A DNA stretch of 64,000 nucleotides, taken from the sequence record NZ_CP067423.1, one strand, 5' to 3'. The position numbers were made by a program, and so were the translations under genes. The notes beneath the pieces were generated by a model. It saw only the letters and a program-made list of their open reading frames with translations, searched no databases and was not told the origin of the DNA. This stretch comes from a plasmid. Below are positions 10,343 to 19,505 of the stretch, piece after piece (position 1 is the first letter of the stretch; the number at the start of each line of letters is the position of its first letter).

Positions 10343-10741
10343 ATGTTCACATTTCCTATTCTCGGCGTTCGCAAGGTCATCGAGCGCGGCATCGCCGATG
10401 CCGCCGTCAATGGGGGATTTCGCAATCCCTACTACGGCATCAAGCCCGGTAAGGATGAAAAGCCGGGACTTTGGCTGGTCGGCGATCAGGGCGTCTATCT
10501 CCTCTCCAACGGCAAGCTCGCCGAGGGTGAGCGCGCCCTCGTGATCTATTCGGATGAATGCCACCCGGTCGGCAATCCCGACTGGTGGCACTACAAGAAC
10601 CGGCATTTTGGTGGTGACGACGGCATCGAGTTCCTCGACGCTGAAAGACTGATCCCGCTGTTCGACCGGAACACGCGCTGCACGCATCTGCGCGTGCAAC
10701 TGACCGAGACGGACGTCTCGCTGTCGCTGATCGCCCGCTAG
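10343..10741 (+). CDS. DUF3085-like conserved ICE/plasmid protein
   Basis: The protein is 132 aa (GLWLVGDQGVYLLSNGK...DWWHYKNRHFGGDDGIEFLD). The call rests on pattern memory of the leading-region gene set. Confidence 0.5.
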   Translation: MFTFPILGVRKVIERGIADAAVNGGFRNPYYGIKPGKDEKPGLWLVGDQGVYLLSNGKLAEGERALVIYSDECHPVGNPDWWHYKNRHFGGDDGIEFLDAERLIPLFDRNTRCTHLRVQLTETDVSLSLIAR

Positions 10742-10826
10742 CCCATCCCACAACCCCGTCAGCGTTTCGCGCGGCCGCACACGCGGGTCGCGTGATCGCG
10801 CTCGCCATAATCCCAGGAGATATCCC

Positions 10827-13800
10827 GTGTCCCACGACGACCCCTTCACGCTCGACCTGTTCGGCAATACCGCACTTTCCTCAGGTCTCGGCCTTGGCGT
10901 GACCGCCTTTTCCGACAGTGCGGCCAACGATCCGGACGATGACGACCCGGCCCCGCATTCTCCCACGCCTGCCGTGCCCGCCACGGCGGATGCTCAACTC
11001 TTGCGCCGGGCGCCCAATGGCGAGAACTTCCATCTCGCCGGCACGCGCGGTCTCGCCAAATCCTGGCGGGAGCGCGCCCGCGACAACATCGCGGCGATCC
11101 GGCTCGCCGCCTCGATCGTCGATGAGCAGCGTCCGGCCTCGGTCGACGAGCAGGCCGCGCTGATCCGGTTCACCGGCTTCGGCGCTTCCGAGCTCGCCAA
11201 CGGCGTGTTTCGTCTCCCAGGCGAGCTTGAGTTTCGCGAGGGCTGGGCGGACATCGGCGCCGACCTCGAGGACGCGATCGACGGCGGCGACTACGCGTCG
11301 CTCGCCCGCTGCACCCAGTATGCGCACTTCACCCCCGAATATATCGTCCGGGCCATCTGGTCGGGCCTGCAGCGGCTCGGCTTTCGCGGCGGCCGTGTGC
11401 TCGAGCCCGGTGTCGGCACCGGACTGTTTCCGGCGCTGATGCCGGCGGCGCTACATCCCGTCACCCATCTCACGGGCGTCGAGATCGATCCGGTTACCTC
11501 CCGGATCGCCCGTCTGCTGCAGCCGCGCGCCAAAATACTCAATCAGGATTTCGCGCGGGTCGATCTGCCGGCGCATTTCGACCTGGCGATCGGCAATCCT
11601 CCCTTCTCCGACCGCACCGTGCGCAGCGACCGCGCGTTGCGCGCGCTCGGCCTGCGCCTGCATGACTATTTCATCGTGAAGGCGGTTCGGGCGTTGAAGC
11701 CCGGCGGGCTGGCCGCCTTCGTGACCTCGAGCGGCACCATGGACAAGGCCGATGGCCGTGCACGCGGGACGATCGCGGCTGCGGCCGATCTTGTCGGCGC
11801 CATACGTTTGCCAGGGGGCAGCTTCCGTGCCGATGCCGGAACCGATGTCATCGTCGACGTCCTCTTCTTCCGCAAGCGCAAGGACGGAGAGGTGGCGGGC
11901 GATCAAGGCTGGCTCGATCTGGCGGAGGTGCGACCACTGAGCGAGGACGACGGGGGTATCCGGGTCAATCGCTGGTTCGCCGAGCACCCCGATATGGTTC
12001 TTGGCGAACATGCGCTGCGGCGCGGCATCTACGGTACCGACGAGACCTATACCTGCCTACCGCGCCCGGACGTCGATCTCGACGCCGCGCTCGCGACCGC
12101 GATCCAGGCGCTTCCAGAAGCCATCTATGACGGCAAGCCGGAAGACTGCGGTCCCGACGTAGACGACAGTGGCGACGACCCGGCATCAACTGCGACTATG
12201 CCGAACGGCGCGACCGCTCGTGAAGGCAGCTATTTCATAGGCAAGAACGCCGCCCTGATGCAAATGGTCGACGGCGAGGCCGTGACCATCACCGTCAGGA
12301 AGGGACGGGGAGGGGACGGCGTCTCCGACAAGCAGGCCCGCATCATTCGCAAGCTGATCCCGATCCGCGACGCCGTGCGCGAGGTGCTGAAACTCCAGGA
12401 ATTCGACCGGCAGTGGAAGCCGGCGCAGGTCAAGCTGCGCATTGCCTGGTCGAACTTCGTGCGTGAATTCGGGCCGATCAACTTCACCACCGTCTCGACC
12501 ACCGAAGACTCAGAAACCGGCGAAGTGCGGGAGACGCATCGCCGTCCCAATCTCCAGCCCTTCCTCGACGACCCCGACTGCTGGCTGGTAGCATCCATCG
12601 AGGACTACGACCTCGAGACCAATACCGCCCGGTCCGGCCCGATCTTCACCGAGCGCGTCATCGCGCCGCCGCCGCCGCCGATCATCACGTCGGCCGCCGA
12701 TGCCCTCGCCGTCGTGCTCAACGAACGTGGCCATGTCGACGCCGATCACATCGCGGAATTGCTGCATCGCGATGTCGCCGATGTCGTTGACGAGTTGGGG
12801 CAGGCGATCTTCCGGGATCCGACGTCCGGTTCCTGGCAAACCGCCGATGCGTATCTCTCCGGCGCCGTTCGCTCCAAGCTCGCTGCCGCCGAGGCCGCCG
12901 CTGCGCTCGATCCAGCCTTTGCCCGCAATGTCGAAGCGCTCAAGGGCGTCCAGCCCGCCGATCTCAGGCCCTCCGACATCACCGCCCGCCTCGGCGCACC
13001 CTGGATTCCGGCGACCGACATTGTCACATTTGTCAAACAGACGATGGATGCCGACATCAGCATCCATCACACGCCCGAACTTGCATGCTGGACGGTCAGT
13101 GCGCGCCAACTCGGCTGGAGCGCCGCCGGCACGACCGAATGGGGCACGCATCGTCGCGATGCCGGGCAGCTGCTGTCCGACGCGCTCAATTCCTCCATCC
13201 CGCAGATCTTCGACACGGTGAAGGACGGCGACACCGAACGGCGCGTCCTCAATACCGTCGAGACCGAAGCGGCCAAGGAAAAGCTGCAGAAGATCAAGAC
13301 GGCGTTCCAGAAATGGATCTGGAGCGATCCGGATCGCACTGACCGATTGGCGCGGCTCTACAACGACACCTTCAACAACATCGCGCCGCGAAAATTCAAC
13401 GGCGACCATCTCCTGCTTCCAGGCGCCTCCGGCGCCTTTTCTCTTTATGGGCACCAGAAACGGGCGATCTGGCGCATCATCTCGGCTGGCTCGACCTATG
13501 TCGCCCACGCCGTTGGCGCCGGCAAAACGCTCTCGATCGCGGCGGCGATCATGGAGCAACGCCGCCTCGGGCTGATCAACAAAGCCATGCTGGTCGTTCC
13601 CGGCCACTGCCTGGCGCAGGCGGCCCGCGAGTTTCTGGCGCTCTATCCAAATGCCCGGATTCTGGTCGCCGACGAGACCAATTTCGTCAAGGAGAAGCGC
13701 CATCGCTTTCTGTCGCGGGCGGCAACCGCAAATTGGGACGCGATCATCATCACCCATTCGGCGTTCCGCTTCATTTCGATTCCCTCGGCTTTCGAGCAGC

Positions 13801-15959
13801 AAATGATTCAGGACGAGCTCGAGGCTTACGAGGAGTTGCTGACCAAGGTCGACCGCGAGGACCGGCTTTCCCGAAAGCGCATCGAGCGCATGAAGGAGGG
13901 GCACAAGGAGCGGCTGGAGGCGCTGTCGAGCCGCAAGGACGATCTGCTCACCATCTCCGAGATCGGCATCGACCAGATCATCGTCGATGAGGCGCAGGAG
14001 TTCAGGAAGCTCAGCTTCGCCACCAACATGTCGACGCTGAAGGGCGTCGATCCCAGCGGCTCGCAGCGGGCCTGGGACCTCTACGTGAAATCCCGATTCG
14101 TCGAGACGAGAAATCCGGGCAGGACGCTCGTGCTCGCTTCCGGCACGCCGATTACCAACACGCTCGGCGAAATGTTCACCGTGCAGCGGCTGATGGACAA
14201 TGCTGCTCTCGCAGCGCGCGGACTGCACGAGTTCGACGCCTGGGCGTCCACCTTCGGCGACACCTCGACGGAACTCGAGCTGCAGCCGTCCGGCAAATAC
14301 AAGCCGGTCACGCGCTTTGCCCAGTTCGTCAACGTCCCCGAGCTGATCGCCATGTTCCGGTCCTTCGCGGACGTGGTGCAGCCCGCCGACCTGCGGAAAT
14401 ATGTGAAAGTTCCGGAGATCGCCGGCGGCAAGCGGCAGATCATCACGGCGGAGCCGACCACTGCCTTCAAGGCCTATCAGCGTCACCTCGATGATCGTAT
14501 CAAGGCCATCGAAGAGCGCGAGGGTCCGGCGCAGCCCGGCGACGATATCCTGCTCTCGGTCATCACCGATGGCCGCCATGCCGCGATCGACCTGCGCCTG
14601 GTCATGCCGGCCATGGACAATGAGGATGACAACAAGCTCAACGCGCTTGTCCGAAACACCTTCCGCATCTGGCAGGAGACGGCCGAGAACGAATATGTCC
14701 GCAAGGACGGCAAGCCCTTCGACAAGTCCGGCGCCGGCCAGCTCATCTTCTCCGATCTCGGCACCATCAATGTCGAAGCCTCCCGCGGCTTCTCGGCCTA
14801 TCGCTGGATCCGCGACGAGCTCGTCCGCCTCGGTGTGCCGCCGTCGGAAATCGCCTTCATGCAGGACTTCAAGAAGTCGGAGGCCAAGCAGCGGCTGTTC
14901 AACGAGTTCAATGCCGGCAAGGTCCGCATCCTGATCGGGTCGTCCGAAACCATGGGCACCGGCGTCAATGTGCAGGCGCGGCTGAAGGCGCTGCACCATC
15001 TCGACGTTCCCTGGCTCCCCTCCCAGATCGAGCAGCGCGAAGGCCGCATCATCCGCCAGGGCAATCAGCACGACGAAATCGGACTCTATGCCTATGCGAC
15101 GCTCGGTTCACTCGACGCCACCATGTGGCAGAACAATGAGCGCAAGGCCCGGTTCATCGCGGCGGCTCTATCGGGCGACACGTCCATTCGCCGCCTCGAG
15201 GATATGGGCGAGGGGCAGGCCAACCAGTTCGCCATGGCCAAGGCCATCGCATCGGGCGATCAGCGCCTGATGCAAAAGGCAGGGCTTGAGGCCGAGATCG
15301 CCCGTCTCGACCGGCTCCATGCCGCCCATATCGACGACCAGCACGCCATCCGCCGCCAGGTCCGCGACGCGGAGCGCGAGATCGAGCTTTCGAGCCGGCG
15401 CATCGCCGAAATCGGAACGGACATCGCGCGTCTGGTGTCGACCGCTGGCGATGCCTTCACAATGACCGTCACCGGAACCTCCTTCACCGAACGCAAGCTC
15501 GCCGGCCGCGCCTTGATGAAGGAGATCCTCACCCTTGTTCAGCTCAGCCAAGAGGGCGAGGTCGTCATAGCCGCGATTGGCGGCTTCGACCTGGAGTTCT
15601 CAGGCGAGCGCTTCGGCCGGGACGGGTATCGCTACACCACGGTGCTGATGCGCTCCGGCGCCGACTACGAGATCGACCTTGCCGTCACGGTCACGCCGCT
15701 CGGCGCGATTGCTCGCCTCGAGCATGCTCTGTCGAACTTCGAGGGCGAGCAGGATAATTATCGCTGTCGGCTGGAGGATGCCCGCCGGCGTGTAGCCTCC
15801 TATCAGCCACGTATTGGCGAAACTTTCGCCTTCGAGGCCGAGCTTGAACTGAAGCGGGAGCAGTTGGCCGATCTCGAAGCCGATCTCGCCGCCAGCACGG
15901 ATGACGGTCCCGGCGTTGTGGTAGGGGCGGCTGATCATGCGACCCGCCAGGCGGCATGA
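10827..15959 (+). CDS. Large N6-adenine DNA methyltransferase / SNF2-type helicase fusion protein (orphan methylase-helicase of conjugative elements)
   Basis: GTG start. The N-terminal amino-MTase catalytic motif NPPF (AIGNPPFSDRTV) and AdoMet-binding segment (VLEPGVGTGLF) are present. The central/C-terminal SF2 helicase shows Walker A (AVGAGKT) and a DEAQ box (IIVDEAQEF) plus helicase C motifs. Length is 1710 aa. Confidence 0.85.
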   Translation: MSHDDPFTLDLFGNTALSSGLGLGVTAFSDSAANDPDDDDPAPHSPTPAVPATADAQLLRRAPNGENFHLAGTRGLAKSWRERARDNIAAIRLAASIVDEQRPASVDEQAALIRFTGFGASELANGVFRLPGELEFREGWADIGADLEDAIDGGDYASLARCTQYAHFTPEYIVRAIWSGLQRLGFRGGRVLEPGVGTGLFPALMPAALHPVTHLTGVEIDPVTSRIARLLQPRAKILNQDFARVDLPAHFDLAIGNPPFSDRTVRSDRALRALGLRLHDYFIVKAVRALKPGGLAAFVTSSGTMDKADGRARGTIAAAADLVGAIRLPGGSFRADAGTDVIVDVLFFRKRKDGEVAGDQGWLDLAEVRPLSEDDGGIRVNRWFAEHPDMVLGEHALRRGIYGTDETYTCLPRPDVDLDAALATAIQALPEAIYDGKPEDCGPDVDDSGDDPASTATMPNGATAREGSYFIGKNAALMQMVDGEAVTITVRKGRGGDGVSDKQARIIRKLIPIRDAVREVLKLQEFDRQWKPAQVKLRIAWSNFVREFGPINFTTVSTTEDSETGEVRETHRRPNLQPFLDDPDCWLVASIEDYDLETNTARSGPIFTERVIAPPPPPIITSAADALAVVLNERGHVDADHIAELLHRDVADVVDELGQAIFRDPTSGSWQTADAYLSGAVRSKLAAAEAAAALDPAFARNVEALKGVQPADLRPSDITARLGAPWIPATDIVTFVKQTMDADISIHHTPELACWTVSARQLGWSAAGTTEWGTHRRDAGQLLSDALNSSIPQIFDTVKDGDTERRVLNTVETEAAKEKLQKIKTAFQKWIWSDPDRTDRLARLYNDTFNNIAPRKFNGDHLLLPGASGAFSLYGHQKRAIWRIISAGSTYVAHAVGAGKTLSIAAAIMEQRRLGLINKAMLVVPGHCLAQAAREFLALYPNARILVADETNFVKEKRHRFLSRAATANWDAIIITHSAFRFISIPSAFEQQMIQDELEAYEELLTKVDREDRLSRKRIERMKEGHKERLEALSSRKDDLLTISEIGIDQIIVDEAQEFRKLSFATNMSTLKGVDPSGSQRAWDLYVKSRFVETRNPGRTLVLASGTPITNTLGEMFTVQRLMDNAALAARGLHEFDAWASTFGDTSTELELQPSGKYKPVTRFAQFVNVPELIAMFRSFADVVQPADLRKYVKVPEIAGGKRQIITAEPTTAFKAYQRHLDDRIKAIEEREGPAQPGDDILLSVITDGRHAAIDLRLVMPAMDNEDDNKLNALVRNTFRIWQETAENEYVRKDGKPFDKSGAGQLIFSDLGTINVEASRGFSAYRWIRDELVRLGVPPSEIAFMQDFKKSEAKQRLFNEFNAGKVRILIGSSETMGTGVNVQARLKALHHLDVPWLPSQIEQREGRIIRQGNQHDEIGLYAYATLGSLDATMWQNNERKARFIAAALSGDTSIRRLEDMGEGQANQFAMAKAIASGDQRLMQKAGLEAEIARLDRLHAAHIDDQHAIRRQVRDAEREIELSSRRIAEIGTDIARLVSTAGDAFTMTVTGTSFTERKLAGRALMKEILTLVQLSQEGEVVIAAIGGFDLEFSGERFGRDGYRYTTVLMRSGADYEIDLAVTVTPLGAIARLEHALSNFEGEQDNYRCRLEDARRRVASYQPRIGETFAFEAELELKREQLADLEADLAASTDDGPGVVVGAADHATRQAA

Positions 15960-15986
15960 ATGGAAACCCGCTTTCCCGCCCTAAAC

Positions 15987-16562
15987 CTAAATGCGGTTCT
16001 TGAGATCTTCGAGGCTGGCAAGCTGCTGGCGCCTGCTGGCGACGGCTTCGCCAAGCAGCGCCCCAAGCTTGTCGTTGTACGCCTCGATCTGCTTTGTCGA
16101 GGTTTCCACATATTCGCGCAAGAGCTGCTCCTGGCGATCGATCTCCCGCTTCAACGTCTCGGCGTCGTTCCGACCTGACATGCCGATAATGACCCGCCGG
16201 TTGCTGATTTCGCCATGAGGCAGGGTGGTTGAGTATGGATTGGTCCGCAACCTAAACAGGCCAGGGTCGCCGGAGAACGCGAAGCTACGAGTTGCACGAA
16301 CTCCGTCGATCTCCACCATCCCGTCAAACATGTCGTGGACCCGCACGCGTGCCTCCTGCGCGTCCTTTTGTGGATTGTCGAAGTCCACCTTTAGCGGGGC
16401 GACACGAGCCTCGGGCAAAAGGGCGTGCACGATCTCCGCGTCAGACTTGATCAAGTCCACCCTGCTGACTTTCTGGCGGACGTGGTTGCCGACTGCGCCC
16501 TCCTGTGCGCGCAGGTACCGGTCGAGCGACTCTTCGAGAAACAGTACGTTGCCGATGATCAT
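15987..16562 (-). CDS. Hypothetical protein, the last gene of the minus-strand nuclease cassette
   Basis: No domain was recognised. An internal ATG at 16562 (MIIGNVLFLEESL) avoids overlap with the upstream gene. The longer ORF runs to 16658. Confidence 0.4.
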   Translation of the reverse strand: MIIGNVLFLEESLDRYLRAQEGAVGNHVRQKVSRVDLIKSDAEIVHALLPEARVAPLKVDFDNPQKDAQEARVRVHDMFDGMVEIDGVRATRSFAFSGDPGLFRLRTNPYSTTLPHGEISNRRVIIGMSGRNDAETLKREIDRQEQLLREYVETSTKQIEAYNDKLGALLGEAVASRRQQLASLEDLKNRI

Positions 16563-16611
16563 CGGACCTCCTATAGGCGCCGCGTAACGCGTGTTGCAGA
16601 TTGATCGGGAC

Positions 16612-17565
16612 TCACGAAAGCGCCTTGCGCAATGATCGAAGGAGCGCCTCGGCGTCATCGATCTTTTTCAGGATGTCGGGGTCGCCCTTGAGATCCTGCA
16701 ACGTGGTCCAGGGTACCCCCTTCATCGCTTCAACCGCGGCCTCCAGATCCCCGGACAATCCGCCCTTTGGCTTCTTCTCGGTGGGTCCCAGACGCAACAT
16801 TGCAGAATCGAGATCCCCCGCGTCGCTGAGGAAATGCGCGCGTGCCACCGGATCGGGGAGGATCGATCGTAGTTTGCGCAGGTCCTTGGAGTTGGTTATG
16901 CGCTTGTCGTTCACCTTCTTGACGACGGCGTCGACGATGCTGGGAGTGAACAGCTTCTTGCTGACGCCCATCATCTCACGCGCCCAGGTGATGGCGGCGC
17001 TTGGGTCGCGAAGGCTGGTGAACTTCTCCGACAGCTCGAAAATATCGACCAGTTTGTCCAGTTCCCGAACGGTGATTCCGAGTATGTTCGCGGCGCTGGC
17101 GCGTCCCATCAGGTCGACAAGGCGGTAGGCCACCATTTCCTTCTCTTTGGCGTCCCATTCCTTGCGCTGCCGATGGATATAGATCCACGCGCGAAGCCGA
17201 TCCTCGTCACTCAGTGTGCGGTCGGTAACCTCGATGGGAAGCTGGCGGAATTCTTCTTTCCCCTGTTCTACCAAGGCCCGCGAATTCGTCCACCGGCGAT
17301 CGCCATCGATGATGCGAAACTTTCCGGGGAAATCGGGATGGGGTTCGACGAGTAGTGGCTCGAACAAACCGCCATTGGCTTCGATCTGCCGTTGCAGTTC
17401 TTCGTCAACCTTAGGCCCGAGCCTCGGCTGCTTGTCATTGGGAAGGATGGAGTCGATGTCAGCCTTCGTGCGGTACGTCCGAAGAACGGTACGATCGAGC
17501 CGGCGCTCCTGGAGGTTAACGACGTTGTCGCGTTCGCGACCCGCCATCGGGACGGGGTTATTCAT
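16612..17565 (-). CDS. ParB N-terminal-domain / DUF262-like nuclease-NTPase domain protein
   Basis: The ParB/Srx-type motif FRIIDGDRRW is present, cf. DGQQR of DUF262 and GERRW of ParB. The start is chosen at the Met with a GGAG-like RBS (17565). The ORF extends to 17613. Confidence 0.55.
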   Translation of the reverse strand: MNNPVPMAGRERDNVVNLQERRLDRTVLRTYRTKADIDSILPNDKQPRLGPKVDEELQRQIEANGGLFEPLLVEPHPDFPGKFRIIDGDRRWTNSRALVEQGKEEFRQLPIEVTDRTLSDEDRLRAWIYIHRQRKEWDAKEKEMVAYRLVDLMGRASAANILGITVRELDKLVDIFELSEKFTSLRDPSAAITWAREMMGVSKKLFTPSIVDAVVKKVNDKRITNSKDLRKLRSILPDPVARAHFLSDAGDLDSAMLRLGPTEKKPKGGLSGDLEAAVEAMKGVPWTTLQDLKGDPDILKKIDDAEALLRSLRKALS

Positions 17566-19165
17566 TATCCTGCTCCCACACCCCCGCCGTGCCGATGATC
17601 GTATCGATCTCATTACTCAGCTCAGCGCGCACTTTCTGCACCGACCGAATGAGCTCGCCCTGACGCTTCCAGACAGATTCGTGCGCCTTCTTTTCCTTTA
17701 CCTGGATGTCGAGCAGGTCGTCCGTGTGAGTGTCGATCCGGGCAATCAGATCGGTACAGCGCTCCGAGGTAATGAAGTCATAGAGCGCAGCCGTCTTCTG
17801 GGTCTTCTCCTCACCGCTCATGCGCAGAATATGGGTCTGCACGATGTGGTGGCGGATCAGCTGAACCAGAGCGACAACGCGGGCAGGATTGGCTAGCAGA
17901 ACGCCATCCTGATGGTGCAGCTGCCGCGCGCCGGCGGGAAACTTGCTCGTCGAAAGAATGGCATGTTCCGCCTTGGCTGCCATTTGGTCGGTTGCAAGCT
18001 TGCTGACGAAGTCGTTGCGCCATGCGCCATGGTTCTTCGAGTCGTAGATGATGGTGCCGCACTCCTTGCCGTTGTGAATGACGACATGGATAATGTCGGC
18101 ACCGGGCTGCCCTTTGTTGACGCGGTCGATCCTGTCGCCCTCGAACTCAGCCTTCAGAGCTTCGAACAGATCGACCTCGGCGCCCTCGCCAAGCTCCTCG
18201 TTGGTCTTCTTGTCGAGAGCCCGAGTCAGCTCCGCCACCTTCGCGGACAGCTTGAGCTTTTCCTCAAACGCGAGAGCCTTCTCGGCATTGACGGCCGCAG
18301 TCTGAGCGAGCTCGAGCGCCTCGCGCTGTTCTTGGAGGCGCTGATCCAGCAGGGCTTGATGATCGGCGAGCTGCTTCTCGACCGTAGCCGCTTTGGCTTC
18401 CGCGTTCTTCCTCGCCTCTTCAAGCTCAGTGAGCCTGCTTTGGGCGGCCACAGCGGCAGCCTCAGAAGCTTCCGAACGGATTTCGATCTCGCGCGCCGCT
18501 GCGGACTCTGTCAGCGCCGTGATCTTCGCTTCCGTTTCAGCTGTAATGGTGTCGAGCTGTGCCTTGAGGCTCGTCCCGGCCTCTTCAGCCTTCAGCCTGG
18601 CGGCCTCCGCAGACGCGACCCGCTCGTTGGCCGCCGCTTCAGCGGCGACCTTGGCCTCTGCCCGAATACTGTCCTGCTTCGCAAGGGCCTCCTGCCGGAC
18701 CGCCTCGATAGCGGCGCCGCGCTCCTGCTGTTGCTGGGCAAGCCGCTCCTCGAGAGCGACCCGCATCTGTTCGGCATTCTGCTTTTCGGCCTCCGCTTGC
18801 GTCACGCGGCTCAACAGGAGATCCTGAGCCTCTTTGCTTGCGAGTACCGTCGCCGCGATCGCCTCCTGGGCTGCGGCCTCGGCGGCCTTGCGGCCCTCTT
18901 CGCGGGCGAGGACGGCTTTGGCGGCGCCGTCCTTGTTGGCCTTGTCAACGGCATCGGCCTTCTCGCGGGAAAACTGCTCCTGAAGGCGAGCCGAGAGTTC
19001 CTCCGCAGTTTTCTTCTGCCGCGTCTCGATCCGCGCTTTAATCTCATCCATCTGGTCGTGCGGGATCTGCTGTTCACACAGCGGGCAAACCTCGTCGTGA
19101 TCGTGCAGGAACGACGACGAGGGAACAGGAGTCGCCTTTAGAAGGGGTGATGCTGACGCGGCCAC
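17558..19165 (-). CDS. Zn-finger / long coiled-coil / C-terminal PD-(D/E)xK-like (DUF2130-like) protein
   Basis: The N-terminus has HDHDEVCPLC (an H-x-H-x3-C-x2-C metal site). It is followed by about 250 aa of Ala/Glu/Lys/Gln-rich heptad-like sequence. The C-terminal domain carries a candidate D...(D/E)xK site (GADIIHVVIHNG...IIYDSKNHG). Confidence 0.55.
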   Translation of the reverse strand: MAASASPLLKATPVPSSSFLHDHDEVCPLCEQQIPHDQMDEIKARIETRQKKTAEELSARLQEQFSREKADAVDKANKDGAAKAVLAREEGRKAAEAAAQEAIAATVLASKEAQDLLLSRVTQAEAEKQNAEQMRVALEERLAQQQQERGAAIEAVRQEALAKQDSIRAEAKVAAEAAANERVASAEAARLKAEEAGTSLKAQLDTITAETEAKITALTESAAAREIEIRSEASEAAAVAAQSRLTELEEARKNAEAKAATVEKQLADHQALLDQRLQEQREALELAQTAAVNAEKALAFEEKLKLSAKVAELTRALDKKTNEELGEGAEVDLFEALKAEFEGDRIDRVNKGQPGADIIHVVIHNGKECGTIIYDSKNHGAWRNDFVSKLATDQMAAKAEHAILSTSKFPAGARQLHHQDGVLLANPARVVALVQLIRHHIVQTHILRMSGEEKTQKTAALYDFITSERCTDLIARIDTHTDDLLDIQVKEKKAHESVWKRQGELIRSVQKVRAELSNEIDTIIGTAGVWEQDNE

Positions 19166-19282
19166 ATTGACCTCCGGGGTTGCTAGAAACTGGGACCTAT
19201 TTTCTCCTACTTGATCCTGAAGTCAAGTACTGATATTTTGTTGGATGTGGGCTCGCATCAGGCGCGCTCCGGAAAGGCAATC

Positions 19283-19471
19283 ATGACAAAGACTTTCAAG
19301 CCGGGGCATGCTGCCCCGCGTTCTGGACAATACGGGATTCTCGGGCCCCGTGGTGGAGACACCGGCAAAGAGCGCACCGTTACGCGCGGCGAGCCGATGC
19401 CGCCGACGCCGAAGTCCGGCCAGACCTACAAGTTGGTCGATGCGACCCGGAACAAGAGCGGTCGCCCGTGA
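19283..19471 (+). CDS. YjzC-like small protein (62 aa)
   Basis: MTKTFKPGHAAPRSGQYGILGPRGGDTG...TYKLV matches the YjzC-family pattern (FKPG..AP.SG.Y). An AT-rich promoter-like region and a GGAAAGG RBS lie upstream. Confidence 0.45.
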   Translation: MTKTFKPGHAAPRSGQYGILGPRGGDTGKERTVTRGEPMPPTPKSGQTYKLVDATRNKSGRP

Positions 19472-19505
19472 TCCGAAAAGAACGGCGACCTTCTTTGGTC
19501 GCCGT

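Noticed and set aside
9539-10984. A 481-aa minus-strand ORF spanning the DUF1419, DUF3085 and methylase starts.
   Set aside because: It is an antisense high-GC artefact that crosses three independently supported plus-strand genes.
12510-15071. An 853-aa minus-strand ORF inside the methylase-helicase gene.
   Set aside because: It has low-complexity G/A/R/D-rich translation. The sense strand carries clear MTase and helicase motifs.
18300-19000. A possible tandem DNA repeat or CRISPR-like periodicity in the GC-rich repetitive region.
   Set aside because: The periodicity is codon-level (GCN/GAR runs) inside a coding coiled-coil. There are no regular repeat-spacer units. No CRISPR array was seen anywhere in the window.
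17912-19141. A 409-aa plus-strand ORF opposite the DUF2130-like gene.
   Set aside because: It is the mirror frame of the Ala/Glu-rich coiled-coil region, which translates as a Leu/Arg/Gly-rich artefact.
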